From contig CAZNZT010000004.1 in the NCBI GenBank assembly GCA_964577685.1, positions 54,563-74,562 on the forward strand: a DNA stretch of 20,000 bases, given 5' to 3'. This DNA comes from an uncultured Methanosarcinales archaeon (GTDB lineage Archaea > Nanobdellota > Nanobdellia > Woesearchaeales > JACPBV01). Positions 1 to 7,700 of this stretch are shown in pieces (positions within the stretch are counted from its first letter, which is position 1; every line of letters starts with the position of its first letter). The notes beneath the pieces are model-generated. The model saw nothing but the letters and a program-made list of their open reading frames with translations. It did no database searches and was not told the DNA's origin. The position numbers and the translations under genes are program-made.

Positions 1-2
1 TT

Positions 3-635
3 ATTAGAATTTTAGATAGTTGGGGCTTGAGGGATGTTATGTTGCCTTTTCTCTTTATCTTTGTTATATTCTTTGCGTTACTCTCTAAGATAAGAATTTT
101 TGGTGAGGATAAAAAAAAGTTTAATCTTGTTGTTGCTTTAGTTGTAGCCTTGTTAGTTGTTATACCTCATGTATTGGATAAATATCCTCCCGATATGGAT
201 CCTGTTGATATTATGAATGAGGCTATACCTAACATTACCATTGTTGTTATAGCTGCTATATCCTCCCTTTTTATAATTGGTTTGTTTGGTGGGAGGATTG
301 TTCAGAGGCCTGCATATATTACTGGTGGAGTGATAGTTGCGGCTGCTATGATTTATATTGTCTTTGTTTATCCGACTTTAAGTCCTATGATTTTTGCTAT
401 TGGCATTATACTTTTGATTGCTGTTGCGTTTAGTGGGAAGCAGGAAGGATTTAATTGGGTTCAAGCGGTTGTGACACTACTATGTTTTATAGCTGTTTTT
501 TATTTCTTTGGCGTTGCGAAGGGTTGGTTTGAAGGTTTGCCCTTGTGGTTAGAGGATCCTATTTACCAAGGGGTTATCGTGACTGTAACTATAGTAGGTG
601 TTTTGGTGGCTTATGTGTTGTATGGGGGTGATTAA
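3..635 (+). CDS. Polytopic membrane protein of the DPANN-type 'G.xDV.LPFL.IF...FA.L.K..I.G' family; 5'-truncated by the window edge
   Basis: Frame is open upstream of TTG27 to the window start (IRILDSWGLRDVMLPF...). About 7 hydrophobic segments. The motif DVMLPFLFIFVIFFALLSKIRIFG...NLVVALVVALLVVIPH resembles uncharacterised Woesearchaeota/Pacearchaeota membrane proteins (from recall, not searched). Confidence 0.75.
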   Translation: MRILDSWGLRDVMLPFLFIFVIFFALLSKIRIFGEDKKKFNLVVALVVALLVVIPHVLDKYPPDMDPVDIMNEAIPNITIVVIAAISSLFIIGLFGGRIVQRPAYITGGVIVAAAMIYIVFVYPTLSPMIFAIGIILLIAVAFSGKQEGFNWVQAVVTLLCFIAVFYFFGVAKGWFEGLPLWLEDPIYQGVIVTVTIVGVLVAYVLYGGD

Positions 636-636
636 G

Positions 637-1221
637 GTGGAGCTAAAAAAGATTTTGGAAAATGAACTGATAACATTTATAAAAAAATCAAAAATAGTGG
701 ATCCTACACATGATATAAGCCATATAAGGAGTGTTTGGAGGAATGCGAGATTGTTAGCTAGTGATGATTGCGATATGGAGGTATTGATGGCAGCTGTGTT
801 CTTACATGATTTGGGAAGGTTTGATAAGCGGTCAATGAGTGGGCCACATGGTCTTAGCAGCGCTAAACATGCTGAAAAAATATTAAGGAAGATTGGCTTT
901 CCTAAGAATAAAATAAATAGGGTATTAGAGGCTATAAAATATCATGATGCTGTTTATCCTTTGTCCAAAAGGAAAACCCCAGAAGCAAGAGTTTTGTTTG
1001 ATGCTGATAAGCTTGATGTTTTTGGTCCTTTTGGTATTGCAAGACATTTTATGCACCAAGCACTATGTGGCTTTTCTTTAAGGCATGCAGTTAAGGATGG
1101 ATTAAAAAGTACTCTGTTGCAGTTTAGAGGGTTGTCAACAAAGAAAGCAAAGGATATTGTTAAGGGGGACTATATTTATTCCTTAAATTTTTTTAAGAGA
1201 TTGTTGAAGAAACTAAAATGA
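637..1221 (+). CDS. HD-domain metal-dependent phosphohydrolase
   Basis: Motifs HDISH, FLHDLGR, YHD and DADKLD. Start re-assigned to GTG637, which is in frame with the 598 ORF, preceded by SD GGGGTGA at 625-631, and just after the upstream stop. Confidence 0.9.
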   Translation: MELKKILENELITFIKKSKIVDPTHDISHIRSVWRNARLLASDDCDMEVLMAAVFLHDLGRFDKRSMSGPHGLSSAKHAEKILRKIGFPKNKINRVLEAIKYHDAVYPLSKRKTPEARVLFDADKLDVFGPFGIARHFMHQALCGFSLRHAVKDGLKSTLLQFRGLSTKKAKDIVKGDYIYSLNFFKRLLKKLK

Positions 1222-1811
1222 GTGAGAAGTACTGTGGTGTTAAATTCAAGACAATTTTTGAGAATAGGTGTGTAGTAGATAATAGTGGTCTTATTGAGCT
1301 ATCAGGCTGGTGTAAGGAGTTTTGTAAGATGGGGTTCACACCTAAGTATAATGGCTGTGCAGGTAATCTCAGTTTTAGAACTCGGAATGGTTTTATAATA
1401 ACTTCTTCTATGGCAGATTTCTATAATCTTAGTGTTGAAGATTTTTGTGAGGTATTGGCTGTTGATTTGGATGCAAAGGCAGTTTATGTTAATGGTGTTA
1501 AGGTTCCTTCTTCCGAAACTATAATGCACAGCGAGATATATAAGAAGAGAAAGGATATCAATGCCGTGTTCCATGGGCATAGTGAGGATATTTTAAAGTA
1601 TGGCAATAGGATTGGTATTGTTTCAACATCCGAAGAAAAGGAGGCTGGTTCTATAGAGCTTATGAGGGAGGTTGTTAAGGTCTTGGATAATAATAATTTT
1701 ATTATTATCAAAAATCATGGCTTTCTTTCATTGGGGGATAGTATGGCTTCTGCAGGAAATTTAGCAATCAAGAGGTTTAATCAGATTCAGAGAATTAAAA
1801 GATTATTGTAG
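1218..1811 (+). CDS. Class II aldolase/adducin family protein (FucA/MtnB-like)
   Basis: GNLSFR, PSSETIMH, AVFHGHS (HxH) and IKNHG Zn-binding signatures. ATGA overlap with the HD gene. Confidence 0.88.
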   Translation: MSEKYCGVKFKTIFENRCVVDNSGLIELSGWCKEFCKMGFTPKYNGCAGNLSFRTRNGFIITSSMADFYNLSVEDFCEVLAVDLDAKAVYVNGVKVPSSETIMHSEIYKKRKDINAVFHGHSEDILKYGNRIGIVSTSEEKEAGSIELMREVVKVLDNNNFIIIKNHGFLSLGDSMASAGNLAIKRFNQIQRIKRLL

Positions 1812-2732
1812 GATGCCTAATTCTTTGGCTATCGTTTCTCTTAGTCCATTGCTAAGGCTTGTTTTTGGTTTGAATCCAAGTATGCTCTCTGCTTTTGATA
1901 TGTCTGCTATTAGGTGTTTAATGTCATTTCTCCTTTTTTTCTTAGACCTTACTTTAAGCTTATAGCCCATTATTTCTTCTATCTTCATTTTTAGCTCAAG
2001 AATAGAATATGGCTTTCCTGTTCCAATATTTAGTATTTCTTTGTTTATTCCCTCCTTTTTACAGGATAATAATGTGGCTTCTACAATGTCTTTTATATAT
2101 ATAAAATCCCTTGTTTGTTTTCCGTCTCCGTAGATTTCTATTTCTTTGCCTTTCTTTATATTGTCTAGCCAAGAAGGAATTATTCTGCCAGATTTCTTTA
2201 TATCCCTCGGACCAAATACATTAAAATACCTTAGGATTATTAGGCTTATTCTCTTCTTTGAAGCATAATTAAGACAGATTTCTTCTGCTTTTAGTTTTGA
2301 TTTTCCATATATTGTTTTTGGTTCTTTTTTGTCCTCTTCTTTGTATACCTTGTTTTTGTTTTCTTTATAGACGCTTGCGGAGCTTATAAAAATGAACCTT
2401 CTTATTCCTTTATAAGGTACTGCTTCTAAAATATTTCTGGTTCCTTCAACATTTATTTTATATGTTCTCTCTGGGTTCTTTGATGCATCTGGGGCAGAAG
2501 ATACTGCAGCTAGGTGGATTATGTAGTCAATGTTTTTCATTGCCTCTTTTATGGCATTTTTGTTTGTTATGCTTCCTTTTATTATTTTTACTCTTTTTAT
2601 TACTCCTTTTAGGTTTTCTATAGTTCCTTTTGAGAAATCATCAAGGATTATTACCTTTCCACCATTTCTCACAATCTCTTCTACTATGTGGCTTCCTATG
2701 AAGCCTGCACCCCCTGTTACAAGGTAAATCAT
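1803..2732 (-). CDS. NAD-dependent nucleotide-sugar epimerase/dehydratase (extended SDR, GalE-like)
   Basis: TGGAGFIG Rossmann motif, HLAA, SSASVY, catalytic YGKSK (YxxxK), LRYFNVFGP, GDGKQTRDF. 9-bp convergent overlap with the aldolase gene. Confidence 0.93.
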   Translation of the reverse strand: MIYLVTGGAGFIGSHIVEEIVRNGGKVIILDDFSKGTIENLKGVIKRVKIIKGSITNKNAIKEAMKNIDYIIHLAAVSSAPDASKNPERTYKINVEGTRNILEAVPYKGIRRFIFISSASVYKENKNKVYKEEDKKEPKTIYGKSKLKAEEICLNYASKKRISLIILRYFNVFGPRDIKKSGRIIPSWLDNIKKGKEIEIYGDGKQTRDFIYIKDIVEATLLSCKKEGINKEILNIGTGKPYSILELKMKIEEIMGYKLKVRSKKKRRNDIKHLIADISKAESILGFKPKTSLSNGLRETIAKELGILQ

Positions 2733-2734
2733 GT

Positions 2735-3301
2735 TTATCTTTCTTTTATCTTTGCTTTTTTTTCTGTTAGGTCAACAATAGTTGAGGGTCTTCCATTTTT
2801 TTCATCTTCATAGATTATGAATTCTATTTTATTTTTTATTTCATCATCAAGGTTTTCAAGGGATGTCATAAAGTCCTCGCCAACCTTGTTTGCTGAAGTG
2901 GTTACGATAGGGATGTTTAATTCTCTAACAAGGTCACTAAACCAATGTCTGGGTATTCTTACGCCAATCGTGTCTAATCCTGGAGCAACATTTTTTGCAA
3001 CACCACCTTTCGACTTTAGGATTAGGGTGTATGGTCCTGGTAATTTATCTAACCATTTTTCTGCTTCCTTGTTTATTACACAATTTTTTCTTATCCATTC
3101 TTTTGAGGGAGCAATTACAGAGAATGGCGTCTTTGGCCTTCCTTTTATTTCCCTTAGCATTTCTACGGCTTCATCCGAGGTGGCATTACATCCTAGTCCA
3201 TATATTGTATCTGTTGGATGGATGAATATCGTGCCATTTTTTATAACCTCAAGTATTACTTCTTTGTTTATGAGCGCTTCTTCTTTTGTGAGAATTTTCA
3301 T
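2735..3301 (-). CDS. tsaC: L-threonylcarbamoyladenylate synthase, YrdC/TsaC single-domain form (t6A biosynthesis)
   Basis: PTDTIYGLGC, KGR, PGPYTLI, IGVRIP, TTSAN and PSTIVD motifs. 188 aa with no C-terminal Sua5 domain. Confidence 0.93.
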   Translation of the reverse strand: MKILTKEEALINKEVILEVIKNGTIFIHPTDTIYGLGCNATSDEAVEMLREIKGRPKTPFSVIAPSKEWIRKNCVINKEAEKWLDKLPGPYTLILKSKGGVAKNVAPGLDTIGVRIPRHWFSDLVRELNIPIVTTSANKVGEDFMTSLENLDDEIKNKIEFIIYEDEKNGRPSTIVDLTEKKAKIKER

Positions 3302-3323
3302 AAGAATGGTTAATTAGTTTTTG

Positions 3324-3331
3324 TTTATATA
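3324..3331 (-). promoter_or_regulatory. Archaeal TATA box for tsaC (leaderless)
   Basis: TATATAAA on the - strand, 23-30 nt upstream of ATG3301. Confidence 0.6.
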
Positions 3332-3343
3332 GTTTTTGTCTTT

Positions 3344-3466
3344 CTATAAAGACTGCATGTTTCTTATGCTTTCTTTTCTACATCTTTGTTGGAAATAAAA
3401 TCTATCAAGAAATTCAATCTTTCTTTTATATGTCTCCCAGTCAATATATCTGTTTCTGAAGAGCAT
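3344..3466 (-). CDS. Unannotated 40-aa microprotein MLFRNRYIDWETYKRKIEFLDRFYFQQRCRKESIRNMQSL
   Basis: Manual translation ATG3466 to TAG3344. SD-like AAGGTGA ends 5 nt upstream. Alternative in-frame ATG at 3472. Confidence 0.55.
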   Translation of the reverse strand: MLFRNRYIDWETYKRKIEFLDRFYFQQRCRKESIRNMQSL

Positions 3467-3481
3467 TGCCATCACCTTTCG

Positions 3482-3595
3482 TTATAACCATGCATCACTA
3501 AATTGTAAATCAAAGCTTTCAATTTTGCTTAATGTTAGCTTTTTTATCTGCTGATAAAATAGTTCCTTTATCTTCTTCTTGCTTAGGTCAACCAT
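3482..3595 (-). CDS. Unannotated 37-aa microprotein MVDLSKKKIKELFYQQIKKLTLSKIESFDLQFSDAWL
   Basis: Manual translation ATG3595 to TAA3482. Consensus SD GGAGGTGA (3602-3609) lies 6 nt upstream. Confidence 0.6.
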   Translation of the reverse strand: MVDLSKKKIKELFYQQIKKLTLSKIESFDLQFSDAWL

Positions 3596-3630
3596 TGTTA
3601 ATCACCTCCGTATGAAGATTTAAAAAGGTA

Positions 3631-3668
3631 GGCAGGAAAGCACAGGGGGTGTGTTACTTCTTCCTGCC
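3631..3668 (-). promoter_or_regulatory. GC-rich stem-loop in the putative 5' leader of the micro-ORFs
   Basis: The - strand reads GGCAGGA-AG-AAG-TAA-CACA-CCCCC-TGTG-CTT-TCCTGCC: nested inverted repeats with a C5 loop, in an AT-rich background. Confidence 0.6.
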
Positions 3669-3710
3669 GAATACTAAAAACCAAAAAAACAATAGTAATC
3701 TGTTTTAGGG

Positions 3711-3720
3711 TATTTATATA
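3711..3720 (-). promoter_or_regulatory. Candidate TATA box for the micro-ORF transcript
   Basis: TATATAAATA on the - strand. It would give a leader of ~90 nt containing the hairpin. Confidence 0.45.
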
Positions 3721-3758
3721 TCTCACGCATGCCCCTGTCAAGTGGCAAGTGGACTAGA

Positions 3759-6700
3759 TTAAGGAGTTCTTTTCAACTCTTCTTGCAGAACGGGTATTAT
3801 TGTTGCTGTATTACTTTCAATTTGTCCTAATATCTTAGCAAGACCAGCAATACCTCCAAGTTGCTCCCGTGCTGCTGGTATTTCTCCATCTGCTACTGAG
3901 TTGAACAGCTTAATTATCTTTTTAAGCATGTTCTTAAATTTTCTATTTGGTTGCTTAGTTAGAAGTTTATTAATATGCTTAATTATTTTATTTTCTTTTT
4001 TTAATCTTTTTATTAGTGGATTTCTTTCTCCTAGAAGAAGTTTAATCCAGTGGATTAGCACTTCATTTGCTCCTCTTATTGAACTTAAATTCTTATGGAA
4101 CTCAGAACCTTCTTTTGTAATACCTTTTATGGTTTTGTCTCTTCTCTCTTCACTGAGGGATTCTGCTATCTTCCCAATTGCTTCTTTTTTAACTTCATAA
4201 TTCTCTCTTATTTGCTCTTCTTCTGACTTCCCTATATCATTTATTATTGCTTCTATCTTTTCTCTTATTCCTTTTGCATCCTTTCCAATCTCTTCTAATA
4301 TCTGAGCAAGGTCAGCAATACCTCCAAATTGTTCCCATGCTGCTGGTATTTCATCCTCTGCTATTTTACTGAATAAAGAACCTATACCATCTAATATCTT
4401 GCCAGTTTCTTGTGTTTCAATAGCGCTTATAATTGCTCTAATTGCTTGATTCTCTTGGTCTAGTATTCCTATTAGTGTATTTCCTCTATCTCCTAATAAT
4501 GAGTTGACGAGGCTAATTAATGTATTATTGTATGGAATCAACCTCCCTATGAGATTTATTATGTTAGTTCGGGACACCGTATTCCCAGAACCAGGAAGTA
4601 AGATTTGAACGCCTTTTTCTCTAAACTGATGTGCTATATTAAGTATTGCGGTTTTTTTGCTATCATAGTTCTTTTTTATTGCTTCTAGTATATCTCTAAT
4701 CCTTTTTGACTCTTTCCTTATTGCTTCTAGCTTCTTTATTATCCTTTCTGCATCTGTTTCAATCTTGATTAATATATCATTACCTTTTTTATCCTTACCG
4801 ATTATACCTCCAAGTTGTCTTTTTGCTTCTTTTATTTCTGTAATTATTCGCTCAAATAAATAAATCATGTGTCCTAACACTATATCTATATCTTTTCCTT
4901 TATCAGGATTTATGATTCCTTCTTCAATTACCTGATTTTCTTGCTCTAGTATCATTATCAGAGTGTTTCCTCTATTTCCTAATAATGAGGAAATGATGTT
5001 GATGAGGGCTTTGTTATACTCTTTTATACCTCTAGTTAGGGCATTTACCCATCTTTCTAGAAAGTCCTTTTTCTTTAAAGCAAGAACTAAGCTTTGAGTA
5101 TCTTTTTCTTGTAAGTAGTTTGCTATGGTTCTGATTGCGGTTTTTTTGCCACTATATATGTTTCTTATCTGTTCCTTTAGTTCCCTTATCTCATTTTCTA
5201 GCTTTTTTCTTATTCCTTCTGCATTATTTTTGATTTCTTTTAATATCTCAGCAAGGTCAGCAATACCTCCAAATTGTTCCCATGCTGCTGGTATTTCTTT
5301 CAATGCTATTTTACTGAATAAAGAACCTATACCATCTAATATCTTACCAATTTCTTGTGTTTCAATAGCGCTTATAATTGCTCTAATTGCTTGATTTTCT
5401 TCCTCTAGTATTCCTATTAGTGCATTTCCTCTATCTCCTAATAATGGGGAGATGTTTTTAATGAGTTTTGTATTGTAGTATTTTATATATTCACTTAGAC
5501 GCTTTAACCAATTTTCTAGAAAGTTATTATCTCTGAAATCAAGAACTAAGCTTTGAGCATCTTTTTCTTGTAGGTAGTTTGCTATGGTTCTGATTGCGGT
5601 TTTTTTGTCATCATAGTTGTTTTTTATTTCTTCTGATCTTTCAATCCTTTTTAACTCTTTCCTTATTGCTTCTAGCTTTTTTCTTATTCCTTCTGCCTCC
5701 TCTCCAATTTTTCCTAATATCTGAGCAAGACCAGCTATACCCCTAAGTTGTTCTTGTGCTGCAGGTATTTCTCCCTCTGATATTAATCTAAACAGATAAG
5801 GCATATGTCTATAAACCTTATCTTGTAATCCCTTATCAGTTTCTTGTGTTTCAATAGCGCTTATAATTGCTTTAATTGCTTGATTTTCTTGCTCTAGTAT
5901 TCCTATTAGTGTATTTCCCCTATCTCCTAATAATGAGGAGATGTTTCCAGTTAGTTCACTGTTGTATTTAACTATATACACCTTTAGGAGATTTAATAGC
6001 CAATTTAAGGCTTGTTTATTTCTGAAAGCAGGAAGCAAGGTTTGAGCATCATTCCTCTGGAGGTGTGTTGCTATGGTTCTGATTGCGGTTTTTTTGCCAC
6101 TATATATGTTTCTTATCTGTTCCTTTAGTTCCCTTATCTCATTTTCTAGCTTTTTTCTTATTCCTTCTGCATTATTTTTGATTTCTTTTAATATCTCAGC
6201 AAGGTCAGCAATACCTCCAAATTGTTCCCATGCTGCTGGTATTTCTTTCAATGCTATTTTACTGAATAAAGAACCTATACCATCTAATATCTTACCAATT
6301 TCTTGTGTTTTAATAGCATTTGTGATTTCTTCAATAATTTGATTCTCTTGGTTTAATGCCTCTATTAGTTTGTTTCCTCTGTCTTTTAGTAATAAGGATA
6401 TAGTTTTGATGAGTATAGTGTTGTATCTACTTATATACTCTCTTGAAACATTTAATAACCAAGTTAGAACTACTCTTTGAGCACCTTTTTTTTGTAAGTA
6501 GTTTGCTATAGCTTTGATTGCATCTCTTTTTTTATTATATATTTTTATTATAATTTCTATCTTTTTCCTATCTTCCTTCAATATGCATCCATATAGTTCT
6601 AATATCTTTTTTTCCAATTCAGGTACAATCTTCCTGTTGCTTTTTATTGCATCTAGTATTCCTAACAACTCCTCTATAATCCTATTTTGCTCTTTTAGTA

Positions 6701-7700
6701 ATGCCTTATAATCTTGGACTTCTGTTGTGTTTCCAATATTTTCCATTATTCTTTCATTTATCTCTTTTAACTTTTTAAGAACCTCTTCAAGATTCTTGCG
6801 TCTCTTTTTATTTTTTTCTGTATCTATGTAAGCCTGTTTTCCCTCTTCGAATACTCCTTCATCTTTTAGAGCCTTGTAGATTTTTATTAGCTTTTCAAGT
6901 AGCTTTTTTTTGGATTTCTGGCGTTCTTTCATTCCTGATTTTTTGTAGGCCCGCCCAATAACTATTGCAGCTACAGCGACTATAGCTAGCCCTATGTATT
7001 TTAGGATTTCTAAGTTGAGCTTACTTGCTTTCTTTGGTTTTCTGCTTGGAGGAGGGGGTTTTTCCTCTGTTGGTTCTCTAGATTCAGGTTGTTCTTCTTT
7101 CGGTTTTCCTGCTGCTTGCTTTCTTGGTATTGTTCCTGGTTCTGTGGGCCATGGTTTTTCAATACTGCTTATGCCCCCTACCCAATCACTAAAGTCTCCT
7201 AAGACCTCAAGTGGCTTTCCTTCTTCAGCTAGGTTTCTTAGAAGCCAGAATGAGGTTATTATAATTAGTATCCCCAGAATCAGTGCTAATAACTTGTTTT
7301 TTATTATTTTTGAGATTATTGAGTAAAGTATTGCTAGTATCACAACAAATATCAAGAACCATAGGATATAGCTGAGATTAATAAAGGAAAATCTTTTACT
7401 ATATACTATTGCAATTGATGACAATAAAGCAGCAGCAAAGGCAAAAGTCATATGTGGTCTTGTGAGTTTGTTAAATGCTTTCTTCATTCCTATCAGATAT
7501 GCTGAAAAGAACAATAGGAAGAATATAAAGAAGAGCAATGTTTTCTCGTAGGAACCTAATCCACCCCTGAGTAAGTTTTCAAACCCCCTTAAGCTATTCG
7601 CAAACGCATTGCTTATCCTCCCAGCGTTTACACTTAGTGGAAGAATACTGAGCAGCAACATTGTTAAAATGATTAACAGAGTTATCTGTTTTTTTCTCAT
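3759..7700 (-). CDS. Giant membrane-anchored alpha-helical repeat protein (signal peptide + ~5 TM + six ~145-163-aa repeats), unknown function
   Basis: 1313-aa ORF. N-terminal K/R plus hydrophobic signal ending VNA, 4 TM segments, Pro/Lys/Glu linker, 5th TM followed by a basic patch. Repeats carry Y..KK.AI..IA, LLG.RGN.LI..L.QEN and EIPAA.EQ.GGIA.LA motifs. Confidence 0.85.
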   Translation of the reverse strand: MRKKQITLLIILTMLLLSILPLSVNAGRISNAFANSLRGFENLLRGGLGSYEKTLLFFIFFLLFFSAYLIGMKKAFNKLTRPHMTFAFAAALLSSIAIVYSKRFSFINLSYILWFLIFVVILAILYSIISKIIKNKLLALILGILIIITSFWLLRNLAEEGKPLEVLGDFSDWVGGISSIEKPWPTEPGTIPRKQAAGKPKEEQPESREPTEEKPPPPSRKPKKASKLNLEILKYIGLAIVAVAAIVIGRAYKKSGMKERQKSKKKLLEKLIKIYKALKDEGVFEEGKQAYIDTEKNKKRRKNLEEVLKKLKEINERIMENIGNTTEVQDYKALLKEQNRIIEELLGILDAIKSNRKIVPELEKKILELYGCILKEDRKKIEIIIKIYNKKRDAIKAIANYLQKKGAQRVVLTWLLNVSREYISRYNTILIKTISLLLKDRGNKLIEALNQENQIIEEITNAIKTQEIGKILDGIGSLFSKIALKEIPAAWEQFGGIADLAEILKEIKNNAEGIRKKLENEIRELKEQIRNIYSGKKTAIRTIATHLQRNDAQTLLPAFRNKQALNWLLNLLKVYIVKYNSELTGNISSLLGDRGNTLIGILEQENQAIKAIISAIETQETDKGLQDKVYRHMPYLFRLISEGEIPAAQEQLRGIAGLAQILGKIGEEAEGIRKKLEAIRKELKRIERSEEIKNNYDDKKTAIRTIANYLQEKDAQSLVLDFRDNNFLENWLKRLSEYIKYYNTKLIKNISPLLGDRGNALIGILEEENQAIRAIISAIETQEIGKILDGIGSLFSKIALKEIPAAWEQFGGIADLAEILKEIKNNAEGIRKKLENEIRELKEQIRNIYSGKKTAIRTIANYLQEKDTQSLVLALKKKDFLERWVNALTRGIKEYNKALINIISSLLGNRGNTLIMILEQENQVIEEGIINPDKGKDIDIVLGHMIYLFERIITEIKEAKRQLGGIIGKDKKGNDILIKIETDAERIIKKLEAIRKESKRIRDILEAIKKNYDSKKTAILNIAHQFREKGVQILLPGSGNTVSRTNIINLIGRLIPYNNTLISLVNSLLGDRGNTLIGILDQENQAIRAIISAIETQETGKILDGIGSLFSKIAEDEIPAAWEQFGGIADLAQILEEIGKDAKGIREKIEAIINDIGKSEEEQIRENYEVKKEAIGKIAESLSEERRDKTIKGITKEGSEFHKNLSSIRGANEVLIHWIKLLLGERNPLIKRLKKENKIIKHINKLLTKQPNRKFKNMLKKIIKLFNSVADGEIPAAREQLGGIAGLAKILGQIESNTATIIPVLQEELKRTP
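5120..5362. repeat. 243-bp exact direct repeat, copy 1 (copy 2 at 6068-6310)
   Basis: Identical by manual alignment at offset 948 bp (316 aa, two repeat units). The first flanking base mismatches on each side. Confidence 0.9.
6068..6310. repeat. 243-bp exact direct repeat, copy 2
   Basis: Matches 5120-5362. Confidence 0.9.

Larger units (their letters stand above)
3762..6539 (-). repeat. Six intragenic repeat units (conserved Tyr codons start at 6539, 6104, 5615, 5156, 4667, 4199)
   Basis: Unit lengths 145, 163, 153, 163, 156 and ~146 aa, measured between the Y..KK.AI motifs. Confidence 0.85.

Noticed and set aside
598..636. Longer N-terminus of the HD protein (MFWWLMCCMG...)
   Set aside because: It overlaps the upstream gene, and the SD position favours GTG637.
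1302..3317. Short antisense ORFs over the aldolase, epimerase and tsaC genes
   Set aside because: They fully overlap genes with clear family motifs and have no independent support.
3631..3700. tRNA or known ncRNA
   Set aside because: No cloverleaf, T-loop (TTCGA) or C/D box pattern is recognisable.
3726..3757. Small GC-rich patch (TGCC...GGCA, CAAGTG twice) after the 1313-aa stop as a terminator or att site
   Set aside because: The stem is only 4 bp with no adjacent U-tract, no matching second copy was seen, and no integrase is present.
5120..6310. 243-bp repeat pair as a DGR template/variable repeat
   Set aside because: The copies are identical, with no adenine-specific mismatches. Both are in frame within one gene, and there is no reverse transcriptase in the window.
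3901..7326. Plus-strand ORFs inside the 1313-aa gene, including the twin 89-aa ORFs
   Set aside because: Antisense shadows. The twins simply reflect the 243-bp duplication.
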